Source: Octopus vulgaris
Taxonomy: Eukaryota
Direction: 5' to 3'
Assembly: GCA_951406725.2 (NCBI GenBank)
Contig: OX597824.1
Location: 56,048,001 to 56,112,000, forward strand
Length of the DNA: 64,000 nt
The position numbers and the translations under genes are program-made. Shown here one piece after another: positions 51,627 through 64,000 of the stretch (its first letter is position 1; every line of letters begins with the position of its first letter). Under the pieces are notes generated by a model. That model saw nothing but the letters and a program-made list of their open reading frames with translations. It made no database searches and had not been told where the DNA came from.

Positions 51627-53496
51627 CCCTTTCGTTAGTATATTTCTGACCAAAACACACCCCCTCATGAGTTTCAATTAAATTCTAAAATAATCATGAA
51701 TTTAGACTAGTTTCATTAAACTACTGTAACTTTTTTCTACTTATCAACATATTAATGTGATATTTGGAACATAATTAAAGAAAGGGTTCTTTATTAATTC
51801 TATTACATAACCTTTGTCTCAAAGTGACTCTAATTACAGGTAAATCCAGGTAAACTGAACAAAAGGTGAAAATATTAAAATTTTGTTTAAACATCACCAT
51901 AGAAAATTAATCATCAGCTAATATTCAATTGGGTATGCAACAAAATTTTGATATAGAATTGTGCACATAACTAGATTATCAGTTGAATTTAATGCACAAC
52001 AGAACGGGTGTACCATGAAGGTGAAATAAACTGAAATACTGGACTCCACGTAAATCCACAGATGTGGTGTGCAAGAGAGACGACTGCGCTGGTATGGCCA
52101 TGTGGCGAGAATGGATGTTGATAGTTGTGTGAAAAAGTGCCACACCCTAGCAGTTGAGGGAACCTGTGGAGGAGGTAGACCCAGGAAGACTTTGGATGAA
52201 GTGGTGAAGCATGACCTTCGAACATTGGACCTCACCGAGGCAATGACTAGTGACTGGGACCTTTGGAAATTTGCTGTGCTTGAGATGACTCGGCAAGCCA
52301 AGTGAGACTATAACCTTGTGGCCTATGCCCGGGGTGTAACCAGCCCACTTATATAATCCGTACCTTTCCTTCATTGGACACTAAACTCTGCTTGCGATGA
52401 CCTGTTGAGGCAAATCAAATCGAAATCAAATTCAATGACTGGCATCCATGCTAGTGGAGCACTAGGAGTACTATCCAAGTGTGATCATTGCCAGAACAAC
52501 AAACTAGCTTCCATGCCGGTGGCACATAAAAAGCACCATTTAAATGTGATAATTACCTGCGTTGCCTTACTGGCACTTGTGCTGGAGGCATGTGAAAAAC
52601 ATTCAAGCGAGGTCATTGCCAGTGCCACTGGACTGGCTCCTGTGCAGGTGGCACATAAAAATCACCATTTGAGTATGGCCATTGCCAGTACCACCTGACT
52701 GGCCCTCGTGCCAGTGGCATGTAAAAGCACCCGCTACACTCTCGGAGTGGTTAGCGTTAGGAAGGACATCCAACTGTAGAAACTCTGCCAGGTCAGATTG
52801 GAATTTGGTGCAGCCATCTGTTTTGCCAGACCTCAGTCAAATCGTCCAGCTCATGCTAGCATGGAAAGCGGACATTAAACGATGATGATGATGATGACGA
52901 GTGATCGCTTCAAACAAGCATACTGAAAAAAATAAAAGTCTAAGAGTTTTGCTTCCTAAGAAAAACTATGGTTAGACCCCCATCCCCTCAGAAAAATTGC
53001 TAATAAAAACATTTTTAAAGTTTTTACTTCATTCCAATGTAAAATTGTCTTTACTGTTGCTATCGCCACTTTCAGTTTCTTCTGAATTGCTGCTTTTGGT
53101 TTCGGATACAGAAATATCCTATTCATTCTCGTACACCACATTCATTCTTTTTCTCGATATCTCCATATTTTTCGTTGAAAAACCTTTAAATTCAAAATCT
53201 TTGATTGATAGCATGAAACTCCTATCCATTTTCAAAGTTGAAAAAAAAATTGACGCAAAAAAAAAATGTGGAAAAAAATCTTCCAAAATTCACTGAGTTC
53301 AGATATCACGTCAAGCAATACCGCATACTATAACTCAAGTATTTACAAAGTGAAATAACATATTTTCACAAATGTACTAACGAGACTTAATTCACATTTA
53401 AATAACAATGGGTACTCTCGACTGGCTGCTGCCAGGTTAGTCTTATGAACCAAAAAAATTTTTCAGCCGGCTACGACCGGGTTAGCATCAAAAGGA
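51627..53496. mobile_element. piggyBac-like MITE related to 10050-11097, with nested RTE 3' end
   Basis: Left end TTAA|CCCTTTCGTTAG is highly similar to 10050-10500. The right part (53200-53410) resembles 10845-11060 and ends aaagga|TTAA. Confidence 0.8.
52061..52898 (+). mobile_element. RTE LINE 3' end (ORF C-terminus + 3' UTR)
   Basis: Peptide QERRLRWYGHVARMD...GRPRKTLDEVVKHDL and an (ATG)n tail. Confidence 0.92.
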
Positions 53497-53512
53497 TTAA
53501 AAAAGAGGGAGA

Positions 53513-53900
53513 TCTTTATATATAAAAGTGAGGTTGTGTGCTGTCTGTCTCCTACGATTTAGATTCCTAACTACTCCCACATTTTGCGGTGCAGTTTAAC
53601 CAAAACCGGGTATCTTATAGTCGTGATTCATATCGAGCCCTTCTGGGTATTAGCATGCGTCTACGATGAGTCTACGATTTAAAAAAAAATTTACCATAAA
53701 TTTTTCCCATTTTTAATGCATTTTTGGCATATATAAGGGAAGTAACTCTCTAAAAATTTATTATTAAATCTCAGAACGTAAAAAGCTACAGTAACACCCC
53801 CCCCCCTTTGTGGTTAGCCATATTGAGATGGCTATTATACTTTACATCTCTAAAAATGCTTATATAGTTATTTCCGAGCAACGCCAGGCGATACCGCTAG
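53513..53900 (+). mobile_element. Complete 388-bp non-autonomous Helitron
   Basis: A|TCTTTATATATAAAA ... ccgagcaacgccaggcgataccgCTAG|T. Inserted at AT with no TSD. Confidence 0.88.
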
Positions 53901-55429
53901 TTACTGATAAATTACAGTGAAGAGAAAGAAGTAAATCATAATCCCAAATACTCAAATGCTAAAACTTTGAAAGATCAGACTCAACATATTTAAATTCCAG
54001 AAACCACAATCTCTGAATATCAGAATCTCCAAAATATGTTTTAAATACAGGCATATCCATATGGTTAAGAAGTTTTCTTTGGAAGCACATGGCTTAGGGT
54101 CTGTTTCCTCTATTTGGGCAGTGTTGAGTGATGTTTTCTTCTATAGCCACATGCTGATGAATGGTTTGTGAGTAAAACTAGTTGATATATATATATATAT
54201 ACACACACACATATATTTATAATGACAATGCCAATGATCATGCTACTGTCGTCATTGCATATTAACTACTATTATTTAAGAAAGAAAGACATTTGTTACC
54301 AAGTTTCAAAATGGGATATATTTGAGAAACATTAAAACATTTACTTAAAGAACCTTTGATAGGCCTACTGGTGATTATAAGTGGCATAGATTTATTGCCA
54401 TTAATCTTTGAAAGACAGTCAAGAATGTAAATATTATCCTTATTGAAGTGGATGTTGAAACAATGATTATAATGATGAGACCAGTAATATGTTATGCAAT
54501 TTAAACTGAACTATACCAATACACATGTGCATGCACACACACACACATGCCAACAAAAGGAGTGCCATCAAACTTTATCAACCACTCTATTAATGAAACA
54601 TTAACTAGTTAATTAAGAATACTGTAAAACCTACTAGATGTTGTACATGTATTACTGAGAAAATAATAATAATTGAATAAGAATGAAGATGACTTTTCAA
54701 TTATGTAACAATTTTTTCTATGAGAACTTATTGCTTACTGATATGTTACATAATAGAACAAAATAACTACTTCATTTTATCAGGCACTATTTGAATTATC
54801 ACATTACAATACAATTTGTGAGATACTTTTCAGTAATCTAGAAAAATATTTTAGGACAAGCAGGTGTATCCAACATACTAATTAAAGGGAAGGGTGTAAT
54901 TTAATATTTTATCCTTTATGATTCAGATTACTCTGTGAAATATAATGCATATTTATTCACATTGTTTTAAATTAATCATACATTATCTTAGAGACTTGAG
55001 ATTTCAATAATGTAATTATTTATCTCCAAAAGGTCATTGTATGAGAAGCCAGGTCTGGCTGGATTGAAAATAAAACAAACAGAATATATGGGCCAGATAT
55101 AGCTGGTTTAAATGCTAAAGGTTTAACTAATCAGCACATTGATTTTTTACTGAGGCATTTAGAAATAATATTTAATGCAATAAATATATTTCTTTTACAA
55201 ATGTCACAGCAATATTCATCTGTAGATTAAATACTACAAATCTGTTAATCATTTAAATGACCTCAGTGTAGGTGAGGCAGTAGCAATCAAGTAATAAAAA
55301 TTTATATTTTCAAGGAATCACCAGTTTACATTAAAGAAAACTCAGTGCCAATCACAATGAATATAGAAATACATATACACACATGCATATATTTATGTTT
55401 ATATGTGTACACGCACACCCACACAAACA

Positions 55430-57182
55430 CACACGTATACTATCTTCCTAGTAAGGCAATTGCAGCAGAAGCATTTAATGAAAAATAAACTGCTATACAT
55501 AGCATTTGTCAATATGGAGATTGCCTTTGGCAGGGTCCCTTACTTCCTCATCTGGTGTTCACTGTGGAAGCTAGGGGTAGATGAGTAGTTGGTGAGAGCT
55601 GTCAAAACCATATACAAAGATGCTGTCAGGATGGTGAAAGTCAGCAATTAGACTGACTACCCTTGGAAGTTCCTCTATGCTGATGATCTTATTCTCTTGT
55701 AGAATTAGAGAATAAATTTCAGGTGTGAAAGCAAGTAGGAAAGCAAATTACTAATCCCTTCAGGGAAATGGTTCTGCTTGTAGAAAAGTATAGAGATTCC
55801 ATATGGTGTACCCAGTGCAGTGTATGGATACATAAGAGGTACAGTGGATTCACAAGAAAGTTAACAGAGAAAGTATTCTCTGTGTGTGGTAGATATACAG
55901 GTACAATAAACACAAAGAATGTATAGGAAATAGACTTCCTCATATGTCCAGGGAGATCCTTACAGGTAGTTGATAGTTTCTATTACCTAGGTGATGAAGT
56001 TAGCAGTGAAGGAGGTTGTCCTGAAAGTGTAGTTGTTAGAATCCAGCTGTACAAAGTTCAGAGAGATGTTACCTTTGCTGGTAACAAACGCCTCTCCTTC
56101 AGAGTGACAGGCAGAATGTATGAAGCCTGCAATGTTATGTGGTAGTGAAACATGGGCTGTTACTGCAGAGGACATGCAAAGGCTTGAGAGACATGAAGCC
56201 AGCATGCTTTGTTGGATATGCAATGTCTGTGTGCATGTATGATGAAGTGTAAATGTTTTAAGAGAAAAACTGGACACAAGTGGCATCAAATGTAGTGTGC
56301 AAGAGAGAAGGCTGTGTTATGGTTATATGGTGCATGTAGATGACAACAGCTGCATAAAGAGGTGCTGATCTCTAAATGTGGAGTGTACGTCTGGAAGAGG
56401 AAGTTAGGGGACAAAGTGGTAAGAAATGATCTTCATATGTTAAGCCTCACAAGAGAGATAACAAAGAACCAAGACAATTGGCTATTTGCTAGGCTTGAGA
56501 AGACCTACTCAATTAAGTAAAATCGAGGCCATAAAAGTATATCCTTTGTGTCCATGCCTGCCACCTACACACTGTCTTCCCCCCCTCCCCCCGACGAATC
56601 TTCTCTACAACCCATCTTCCACACAACCTATCTTCTCCCCACCCATGCTCACTCATTCACCCCCCCCATTCTCCTTCACATATCTACCTGCAAACAATAT
56701 ATCCTCGTTGAATCTCTTCCCCACAACTTATCCTACTAATAACTCCACCTGCTACCTCTGCCCACTCATTATACTCCTCCTTCATCTACCACTATCCTTT
56801 TGCAATCTCATATACTTGCCTGCTCCAGTCCTCTGCCCACTCACTTTCATCACCACTTACCGTTACTCTCTACTCTCTGTCCACCTCAAGCAGCTATGTT
56901 TCCCTCTAATGCAAGATCCCTTTTTCTGTTCTCCATGTTACTCCTTATCTTAGCTTAGAGGGTCTTTTCTTGCAAGTTACTCAGTCACTTCACTGCTGCT
57001 GGTGCCATGTAAAAAGCAAACAGTACATTCTATAAAGTGGTTGGCATTAGGAAGGGCATCCAACTATAGAAACCATGTCAAAGCAGACAGCAAGGATTAG
57101 TGCAGTCTTCTGACCTGCCACTTTCTATAGAACTATCCATCTCATGCCAGCATGAAAAACAGACGTTAAATGATGATAATGA
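55430..57182 (+). mobile_element. Degenerate RTE LINE (RT to 3' UTR)
   Basis: Peptides IFLVRQLQQKHL..LYIAFVNMEIAFGRVP, LYADDL and GSETWA. 3' tail at about 57170. Confidence 0.82.
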
Positions 57183-57819
57183 GATATACATACATACACC
57201 CATATATATATATATATATATAATATATATGTAAACTTGCAAGGTACCACACAAGTGAAAATATACAGGAAAGAGGATTTGAAAATGTGGAGGTCTTTTA
57301 AAAATGTTTATTGACTTGACTGGTTTCACTTTTTTAAAAAAAAGATTTTCAAAAGTATACCACAACAAAACAATGTACATGATAACAATTGTTGTTGTTG
57401 TTGTTGTTGTTATTATTAAGGCAGTGAGCAGCCAGAATCATTTGCACACCATGCAAAATGCTTAGCGACATTTCATCCATCTTTACATTCTAAGTTCAAA
57501 TTCTACCAAGGTCAAGGCCATTCATTCTAGCAAGATTGATGAAATAAGTACCAGATAAGAACTGGGAATGATGTAAAATTTCAGGCCTTTGAGCTGGTAT
57601 AATTGTTACTGCACTGGACAAAATGTCATTTGATCTGTCTTAATGTTCTGAGTTCAAATTCTACTAAGAGTGACTTTGCCTTTCATCTTTTCGATGTTGA
57701 TAAAATGAATATCAGTTGAGCACTGGGGTTGATATAATTGACTTGTCTCCTCTCCTAAAATTGCTGGTCTTGTACCAAAATTTGAAACCTTTATTATTAT
57801 TGTTGTTGTTATTCTATTT

Positions 57820-60540
57820 GACTTGGGATTGGGCTTTTCCCTGCTAAAATTTGTGTGAGTAGTAGCTTACTACCTGCAACCTTAAATATCTACATGATAT
57901 CAATCAACATCAAGTACTCAAAACTTTTCTGATTGTCTTTCCTATTCCTAAGAATCAAACCTATTGTAGAAGTTCTGTAGGACATTTCATTCCAATTTGG
58001 TTTAACCAAGTCATTACTCACATTCCCTTTGCTTTATCTCAGTCATTACTCACAGTCTCTAATGCACCAATTATCACAAGTACAACCTTTACAGATTTCA
58101 TGTTCCAAATCCTTGCAATCTCAAATTTTTGGGGGTTGTATTTTTTCAACTTTTCATGTTTTCTTCACAATCTTAATCTGAAATAGGCATGATGGATCAA
58201 TCAGTAAGCAAATTCAATTTTCCTTGTCTAACACAAGCTTGTTATGTTCTATCTTTTTATCCATTTGAATTGGAAAATCCTACAAAATCTTGTAGTTTCC
58301 CAACTGAAGTCCTCAAATACTTCCTGCTTCAAATCCCCATTTGTGTGAAGATGGTAAAACTTTCACAAGTTTATCTTGTTTCCATTTCTTATATTTTCCT
58401 TGAACCAACTTGGAGCATTATCCAGCTATGTGTCATTATTTCATCCTAAATTCCACATACTCTGCATTTTGCTGGCACCTTCTCCCCATGCACTGTAGTG
58501 CTTGATCATGAGAAGCTATTATAGCTGTCTGTTTCTTTTTTCAATTCTCTTTTTCAATAAAGCCCAGGATTTTGTTGCACATACATCCTCAGTGGCTTTC
58601 CAAAACTGACCATACAAAGGTTTCTCATCTATCCATTTAACATGTTCTCAATGAATTTCATTTTTGTCCCTTACTCCTTTTCCTGTCTTGACCACTTGTT
58701 CTTTATTCACTGCCTTTAGTAACTTATCTGTGCTCTTCTACAAATAATTTAGTAAGCTGTTTCATTCCATTTGCAAACATTCCTATACAAATTAAGCCTC
58801 TTCCACCCTGGTCTTTCTTCAAGTACAACTGGTTGAAATCAAATTTTGGATGTGTAGGCTCCATACATAGTCAACAGTTTTCTAATTTTTCTGTCAAGTT
58901 TCTGCATGTTGTGTTTTGTCCAGTCAACAGTTCCAGCTCCATATCTGATAACTGGCACTGCTCTTGAATTAATTACTTAATTAATTACTTCAATAACATT
59001 TCTTCAATTTGACCTTGATGATAATATTTTCCTCATTTTCCTTGTATACTCCCTACCTATAATCTGTTTCATCACTTCATTTCTATTTCATCTGCCTTCA
59101 GTATTCTCAAATACCACTGTCCTTTCTCAACTGATTTCCTTGTTTGCCCATTTGGCATTTCAATTCCCTGGTTTCCTTCAAATTCTCTCATATCACTTTT
59201 CAAGCCTGAATTCCATTATCTACTTCATTCTAGAAAATACAAACAGTATGTACAAGACTTTCCAGCTGCTTTCACATAAAGCTTTAAATTACTCATGAAT
59301 AGGAAATGATTTATTTGACCATACTATTTTCCCAAATCACAAGCTATTTCGACTTCCTGTAATATCAAACTAAGTAATTATCATGGCCAATACAAATAGT
59401 AAGAGATAAGCTATCACCTTGGAGTATTCCATGTCTTATGTTCACCTCTCCATGTTTTTGTTTTCCTCCAGTCAATTCAGTACTCCAATGTTTCCTACTT
59501 TCACTGACCATTTTGTCCTTATTTCCTGCTACTGCAAGCATGTTCATTGTCTAACTTATCCAGCTGTGCAGCATCACATCTCATGTGGTTTTTATAATCC
59601 AGCCATATTATATTCAATCCTGCCTGTGTCTGCAGTTTCTGGTTACCATTTTATCAATTAATAACTGGTCTTTAGTTGCCCTATTTTGCTTTTCTTTCTA
59701 GGTAGGTATAATCTTGCTACTCCTGCCCCTGAGTGGAGTCCTCCATTTGTATTTGAATTCCTTCCTGGTTCTTCTGTCTAGCTTTGCTAATTCTGTTTTA
59801 GTCCAATCTACAAAAGCTGCTGAGTTCTAAGTAATAATACTGCCCAAGTATTTACAGCCTTCACTAGGTTCGGACCATTTAGCTTTGACTTCATTAGCTT
59901 CGTCACCCTTCTGATGTACTCCTTCTCAAATTTGTTTTCATTTCTCAGATTCTGTTACTCCTAGATACTTATAATTTTCTCCTCCTTTCAATGACTCTAA
60001 TGTCTGACCATCTGGTAATTGGATACCTTCACTGTTGACTACCTGTCCCCTTCTCAAGGCTAATATTGCACACTTATCTATGCCAAATGCCATGCCTATA
60101 TCTTTGCTGAAGAGTCTTACAGTCTGTATTAAATAATCTATTTCTTTTTCATTCTTACTGAAAGCTTCAGATGATCCATGTAGAGCAAATGGTTAATTTT
60201 TCCCTTACTATTTCTGAACTGATACCCCGCCTTTGCTTTCCTTAATACTAAACTGAAGGGGATCAAACATAAGATAAATATTAAAAGTGACAATGAGTCC
60301 CCCTGGAAAATTCCTCTTGATATTAACTTTCTCTAACAGTGTGTCACCTGAGTAGAGATCTACTTTGCATTTCTTCATGCCAGAGCTAATTAATTCTCTT
60401 ATGTTGTCTGCTATACTGAACTTAGTTATCCATGTCATAGGCTTTCCTATAATCTATCCATGCTATTATTAGATTTTTCCTTTTAGTTTTTACTTCATCT
60501 AGAACTGCTTTGTCTATATATGATAGATCATACTTCCTAG
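57820..60540 (-). mobile_element. Degenerate R4/Dong-like (RLE) non-LTR retrotransposon fragments (at least two copies)
   Basis: Peptides EVNIRHGILQGDSLS, INHL..MD.LKL, GMAFGIDKCA, YKYLG and IVVIGAL-type RLE C-terminus. Confidence 0.75.
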
Positions 60541-60839
60541 CTTTTTTCCTTGTTTAAGGATGTTGAGTAAACCACCCATGTTTCCAAAGATGAATTATCC
60601 AAACCTCTAAGCATTCCTTTCAACACATGGCTATGATGCTCCCCTACTACTTTTGTTCATGATCAGAGATGCACATATCATCAGCCACTAAGGGACATGG
60701 TCAACTGGTTACGGTCAAACAACTGATGAGTAAATCTGTGGTACTGAGCAGAATATTTACTGTAGCCCATCTTTTATACCAAGACAAAACAATGTACTTT
60801 ATAACAATTATTATTATTATCATTATTATTATTATTATT

Positions 60840-61980
60840 ATTGCCTTTGCACAGCTTCTAATGCTGCTGATGTACTTCAGTGTCAGCTGTTCACTGCCAG
60901 CTTATTTTTCGAGTACCTTCGAGTTGTTCCAAGCAGTACTGTTTTCTGCAAGTGCTCCACTCTTATTGCAGCCCCTGTTTGTTCCACGTACTTCTCGAGA
61001 TTTTTGCTCACTGTTCCCAGGGCTCCGACAATTATTGGTACTACTGCTACCTTTTCATCAACCACAACTGCTTAACATCCCAAGCTAATCCTGTCATATC
61101 TCTCAACTTTTCTTTCTTCCTTATCTCATACCTTGTCAGCTGGGCATGTTATATCTATGATCCAGCATGGTTTTTTTTTTTCTCAAGACTACGTCCAGCT
61201 TCCTATTCTCTATCTTATGGTCACACTGAATCGTAAAATCCCATAGGATCTTTGCATATCTATTTTCAATGATGCCTTCAGGTTTGTGGTCATACCAATT
61301 TTTTGCTCTGTCAAGTCCATACTTGTTGTAAAGTGTCCAATGGTCAAGCCTGGCTATATTGTTGTGTCTCTTATATTCCTTCTTGGCTGGTAATATGCCA
61401 TACGGTTTCACCATTTTGCCCACAGATTCTGCACTTATCACTTTCTGATGTGTTGTCTATTCTGTATTTTATGTAGTTTGTTCTTAGTGCTTGATCTTGG
61501 GCAGCACAGATTAGAGCCTCCTTTTCCGGTTTTAAATCACTTTTAGTCATCCACTGACGTCTTTTTTCTCTGTCTTATCTTCAACATCCCTATGAAATTG
61601 ACTATGCATTCTTTTCTTTACCCATCTATCTTCAGTTTCATTCATTTTCAATTCCTTGTATAGTGCTTTATCTTTGGAATCTTTCATCCTACACAAGCCT
61701 GACCTTCTTACTTCTCATAATAGCAGTTCTGTGGCAACTTTTACATACCATGCTATGTTGTTTTCTTCTGCTCTACTGCTGTGTTCACATCCAATAAGTC
61801 TTCTTTCCCCTCTTTTTCATGGTACATACAGTCTGTCTGTGTCACTTTTGGGTGGAGTAACCCATATCTAGTTAGCAACTTCCTTGTCTTTCTGTCTAAG
61901 CTGTTAGTTTGCCTAGTGTCCATGCGATTACCCCTGCTCCATATCTAGGGAGTGAAACTGCCCAGGTGTTGATAGCTTCG
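60840..61980 (-). mobile_element. R4/Dong-like RLE non-LTR retrotransposon 3' part, flanked by (TAA)n
   Basis: Peptides AAQDQAL, KRHNNIAR, KILWDFTIQCDHKIENRKLDVV, VVPIIVGALG and LQKTVLLGT. Confidence 0.85.
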
Positions 61981-61981
61981 A

Positions 61982-62015
<34 letters not shown>

Positions 62016-62034
62016 GTTGTTGTTGTTGTTGTTT

Positions 62035-64000
62035 TGAAAGCGGACGGACGTCTCTCCAGAAGCTGTAAGTTTTGGGCCAATTTTTATTGGAAATATTATG
62101 TAACACTTGTATATTTTTGAATATTTGTGTAGCCGAGCTGACTAGGTTCTTGCGGAGCTAGTTGGTTACGAAGATAAAAATCAAGCAAGTGCCGCCCGAA
62201 CTAAATATAGAAGACACTGCCACTATTTTGGAAGTGCATAAATTGCACAGCCAAAACTGGTCAGGTATGGGTATGCAGCTTCTCCTTCAGATTGAACAAG
62301 AAAGCATAAATGCAATACCCGACTCCATAAATTTTCCAGATGGCACAAAGCTGCACGTTGCTGTAGAGGGGTGAAGACCAAAGTGCTACCTCTACAGCAG
62401 CGAAAAGCATTTAAAAGTAGATTGCTCCATTTTTAAGAAAAGAATGGAAGTGGAGAGAAAAAAGAAGTCACCAGAGACATCTCCAGTGCAGCAGCAACAA
62501 TAATAGGAGATGCAGCCGAAACAAAATCCAAAAGCTTCCGCACCACCAACAACAACAACACCATTTTCAACAACAAAAGCACCAACAAAAACAATAGATG
62601 AAAATGCATCATAAAACAATGTAATGGACCCCAAGGACATCCCCTAAAGAGGCAGCAGACAAAGTGGGAAGGTGCAAGAAACTAGAGCTTCCCAACAACA
62701 ACAGCAACAACATGCACTCACAGCATTCAACAACACCTTCTCTAGCACTACCACTGCAAACACCAGCACACACAGATACCACCACCACCAGTACCAACAT
62801 TACAACAGTAAACACAAACAACGAACACCCAGTCACATACTTGAAGAAAATACAGACACGAAAATATCAGATTTTTTCATACCCACACACAACACACCAC
62901 CAGCACACATACTCATACTCAAAATATCAAATGAGAACTAAAAGAAAATAAAAAACAAATTTCCAAACGATGTTAGGTCGCTCGGAAAAAGTTTCTCAAA
63001 AAAACTTTTCAAAAATCTGGTGGAAATACCCACATAAAAGCACAAGGGAGCCACCCCTCTAGACAATGGTGGTAAGTAGATCTTTTTCTCCTGCATAAAT
63101 CTTTTTTTTTAAAAACATGTTTGTGCTCAGAATCAGTAGCATAAAAGTGAGAGGCCTCAGGTCACCTTAGAAACAAGGTCACCTTTTAAATGACCTGAGG
63201 TCTTACAGTGTGGATGTAGCAGCCATTAGCAAAACCAGGCTGGGAGCGGGCAGTGGTGGTACTGCTGTGCTATTTAGGAAAGGCCTGGGTTTGAAAATAA
63301 AGGCAGTCTTCCTGGATCCAGAGGGTAAGTTGATGGTCCTGGACGTGGACGGTAGTGATGGTGGTGCCTTCAGACTGCTGGCTGCCTATGCTCCAACAGG
63401 AGCAGAGCAGTCGGATTATTTCAAGCGTCTAGAGGTTTTCCTGAGCATGTCTCGCACTTTAGTGCAAGTTGGGGATTGGAGCGTTGTCTTAGATAAATAT
63501 TTCGATTGGGTGGGTGTGAGAGCATCTGATAGGAGAGTGGGATGCAAGAGCCTCGCTAACCTACTCAGACGCTTTCAGCTGTCTGACAGGTATCAACTAA
63601 ACAACCCAAATGTGCCAATGTGGACTTGGACTAATTGCATCGGGCTGTCTAGATTGTACTTAGATAGAGTTTTCTGTAGGCCAGTGGATAAGGACAGCAT
63701 AGGGTGTCCATAATTCTACATAGTCGGCTACACAGACCACAAATTCGTGATCTGTACAGTCGACTTAGATAGGCTCCATAGACAGGGTCCCGGTTACTGG
63801 AAGCTAAATGCGTCGTTAACAACGTGCAAAGACAGAATTAGTTTATTAGTTAAATACGCATTGATGGGAACAATCATCAATAACAACTGGTGGTTTGCTC
63901 TCAAGAGGGCAATTAGAGCAGAATCTATTCGGTTTAGTAAGGCTCTAGCTGTAGAACATAAGAAAACAGAGTGGGATTTAGTTAGGAAACTAAATGGGTT
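62035..64000 (+). mobile_element. Tx1/L1-clade LINE 5' half (ORF1 remnant + APE endonuclease), running off the window
   Basis: Degenerate zinc knuckle PKCYLYSSEKHLKVDC. APE motifs AYAPT, VGDWSVVLD, WTWTN, YLDRVF, YTDHK and GPGYWKLNASL. Confidence 0.85.

Noticed and set aside
56486-56953. 155-aa Pro/Leu-rich ORF (similarly 39727-40134)
   Set aside because: C/T-rich low-complexity sequence inside repeat remnants, with no splice or homology support.

Overview
AT-rich, repeat-saturated eukaryotic DNA, most likely from an octopod cephalopod (inferred from the repeat content, not proven). The only host gene I can support is VPS54 (GARP complex subunit), seen as four + strand coding exons (17180-17343, 37473-37605, 41433-41564, 50919-50968). 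They splice in phase across introns of about 20.1, 3.8 and 9.4 kb, and the gene runs off both ends of the window. Almost everything else is intronic transposon debris: many RTE-clade LINE copies, Penelope-like elements (Neptune-like and Naiad-like), near full-length Tc1 and mariner elements, piggyBac-like MITEs, Helitrons, a Gypsy remnant, R4/Dong-like and Tx1/L1-like non-LTR elements, and tRNA/Nin(Deu)-domain SINEs. Most ORF-track entries are spurious or TE fragments. The most notable non-obvious signal is a set of about 8 hammerhead-ribozyme-like motifs. Three sit in a ~200 bp (TA)n-embedded non-coding element family with a variant core and co-varying stem II, and three are sense to the VPS54 pre-mRNA. 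Many TE boundaries are approximate, read by eye.
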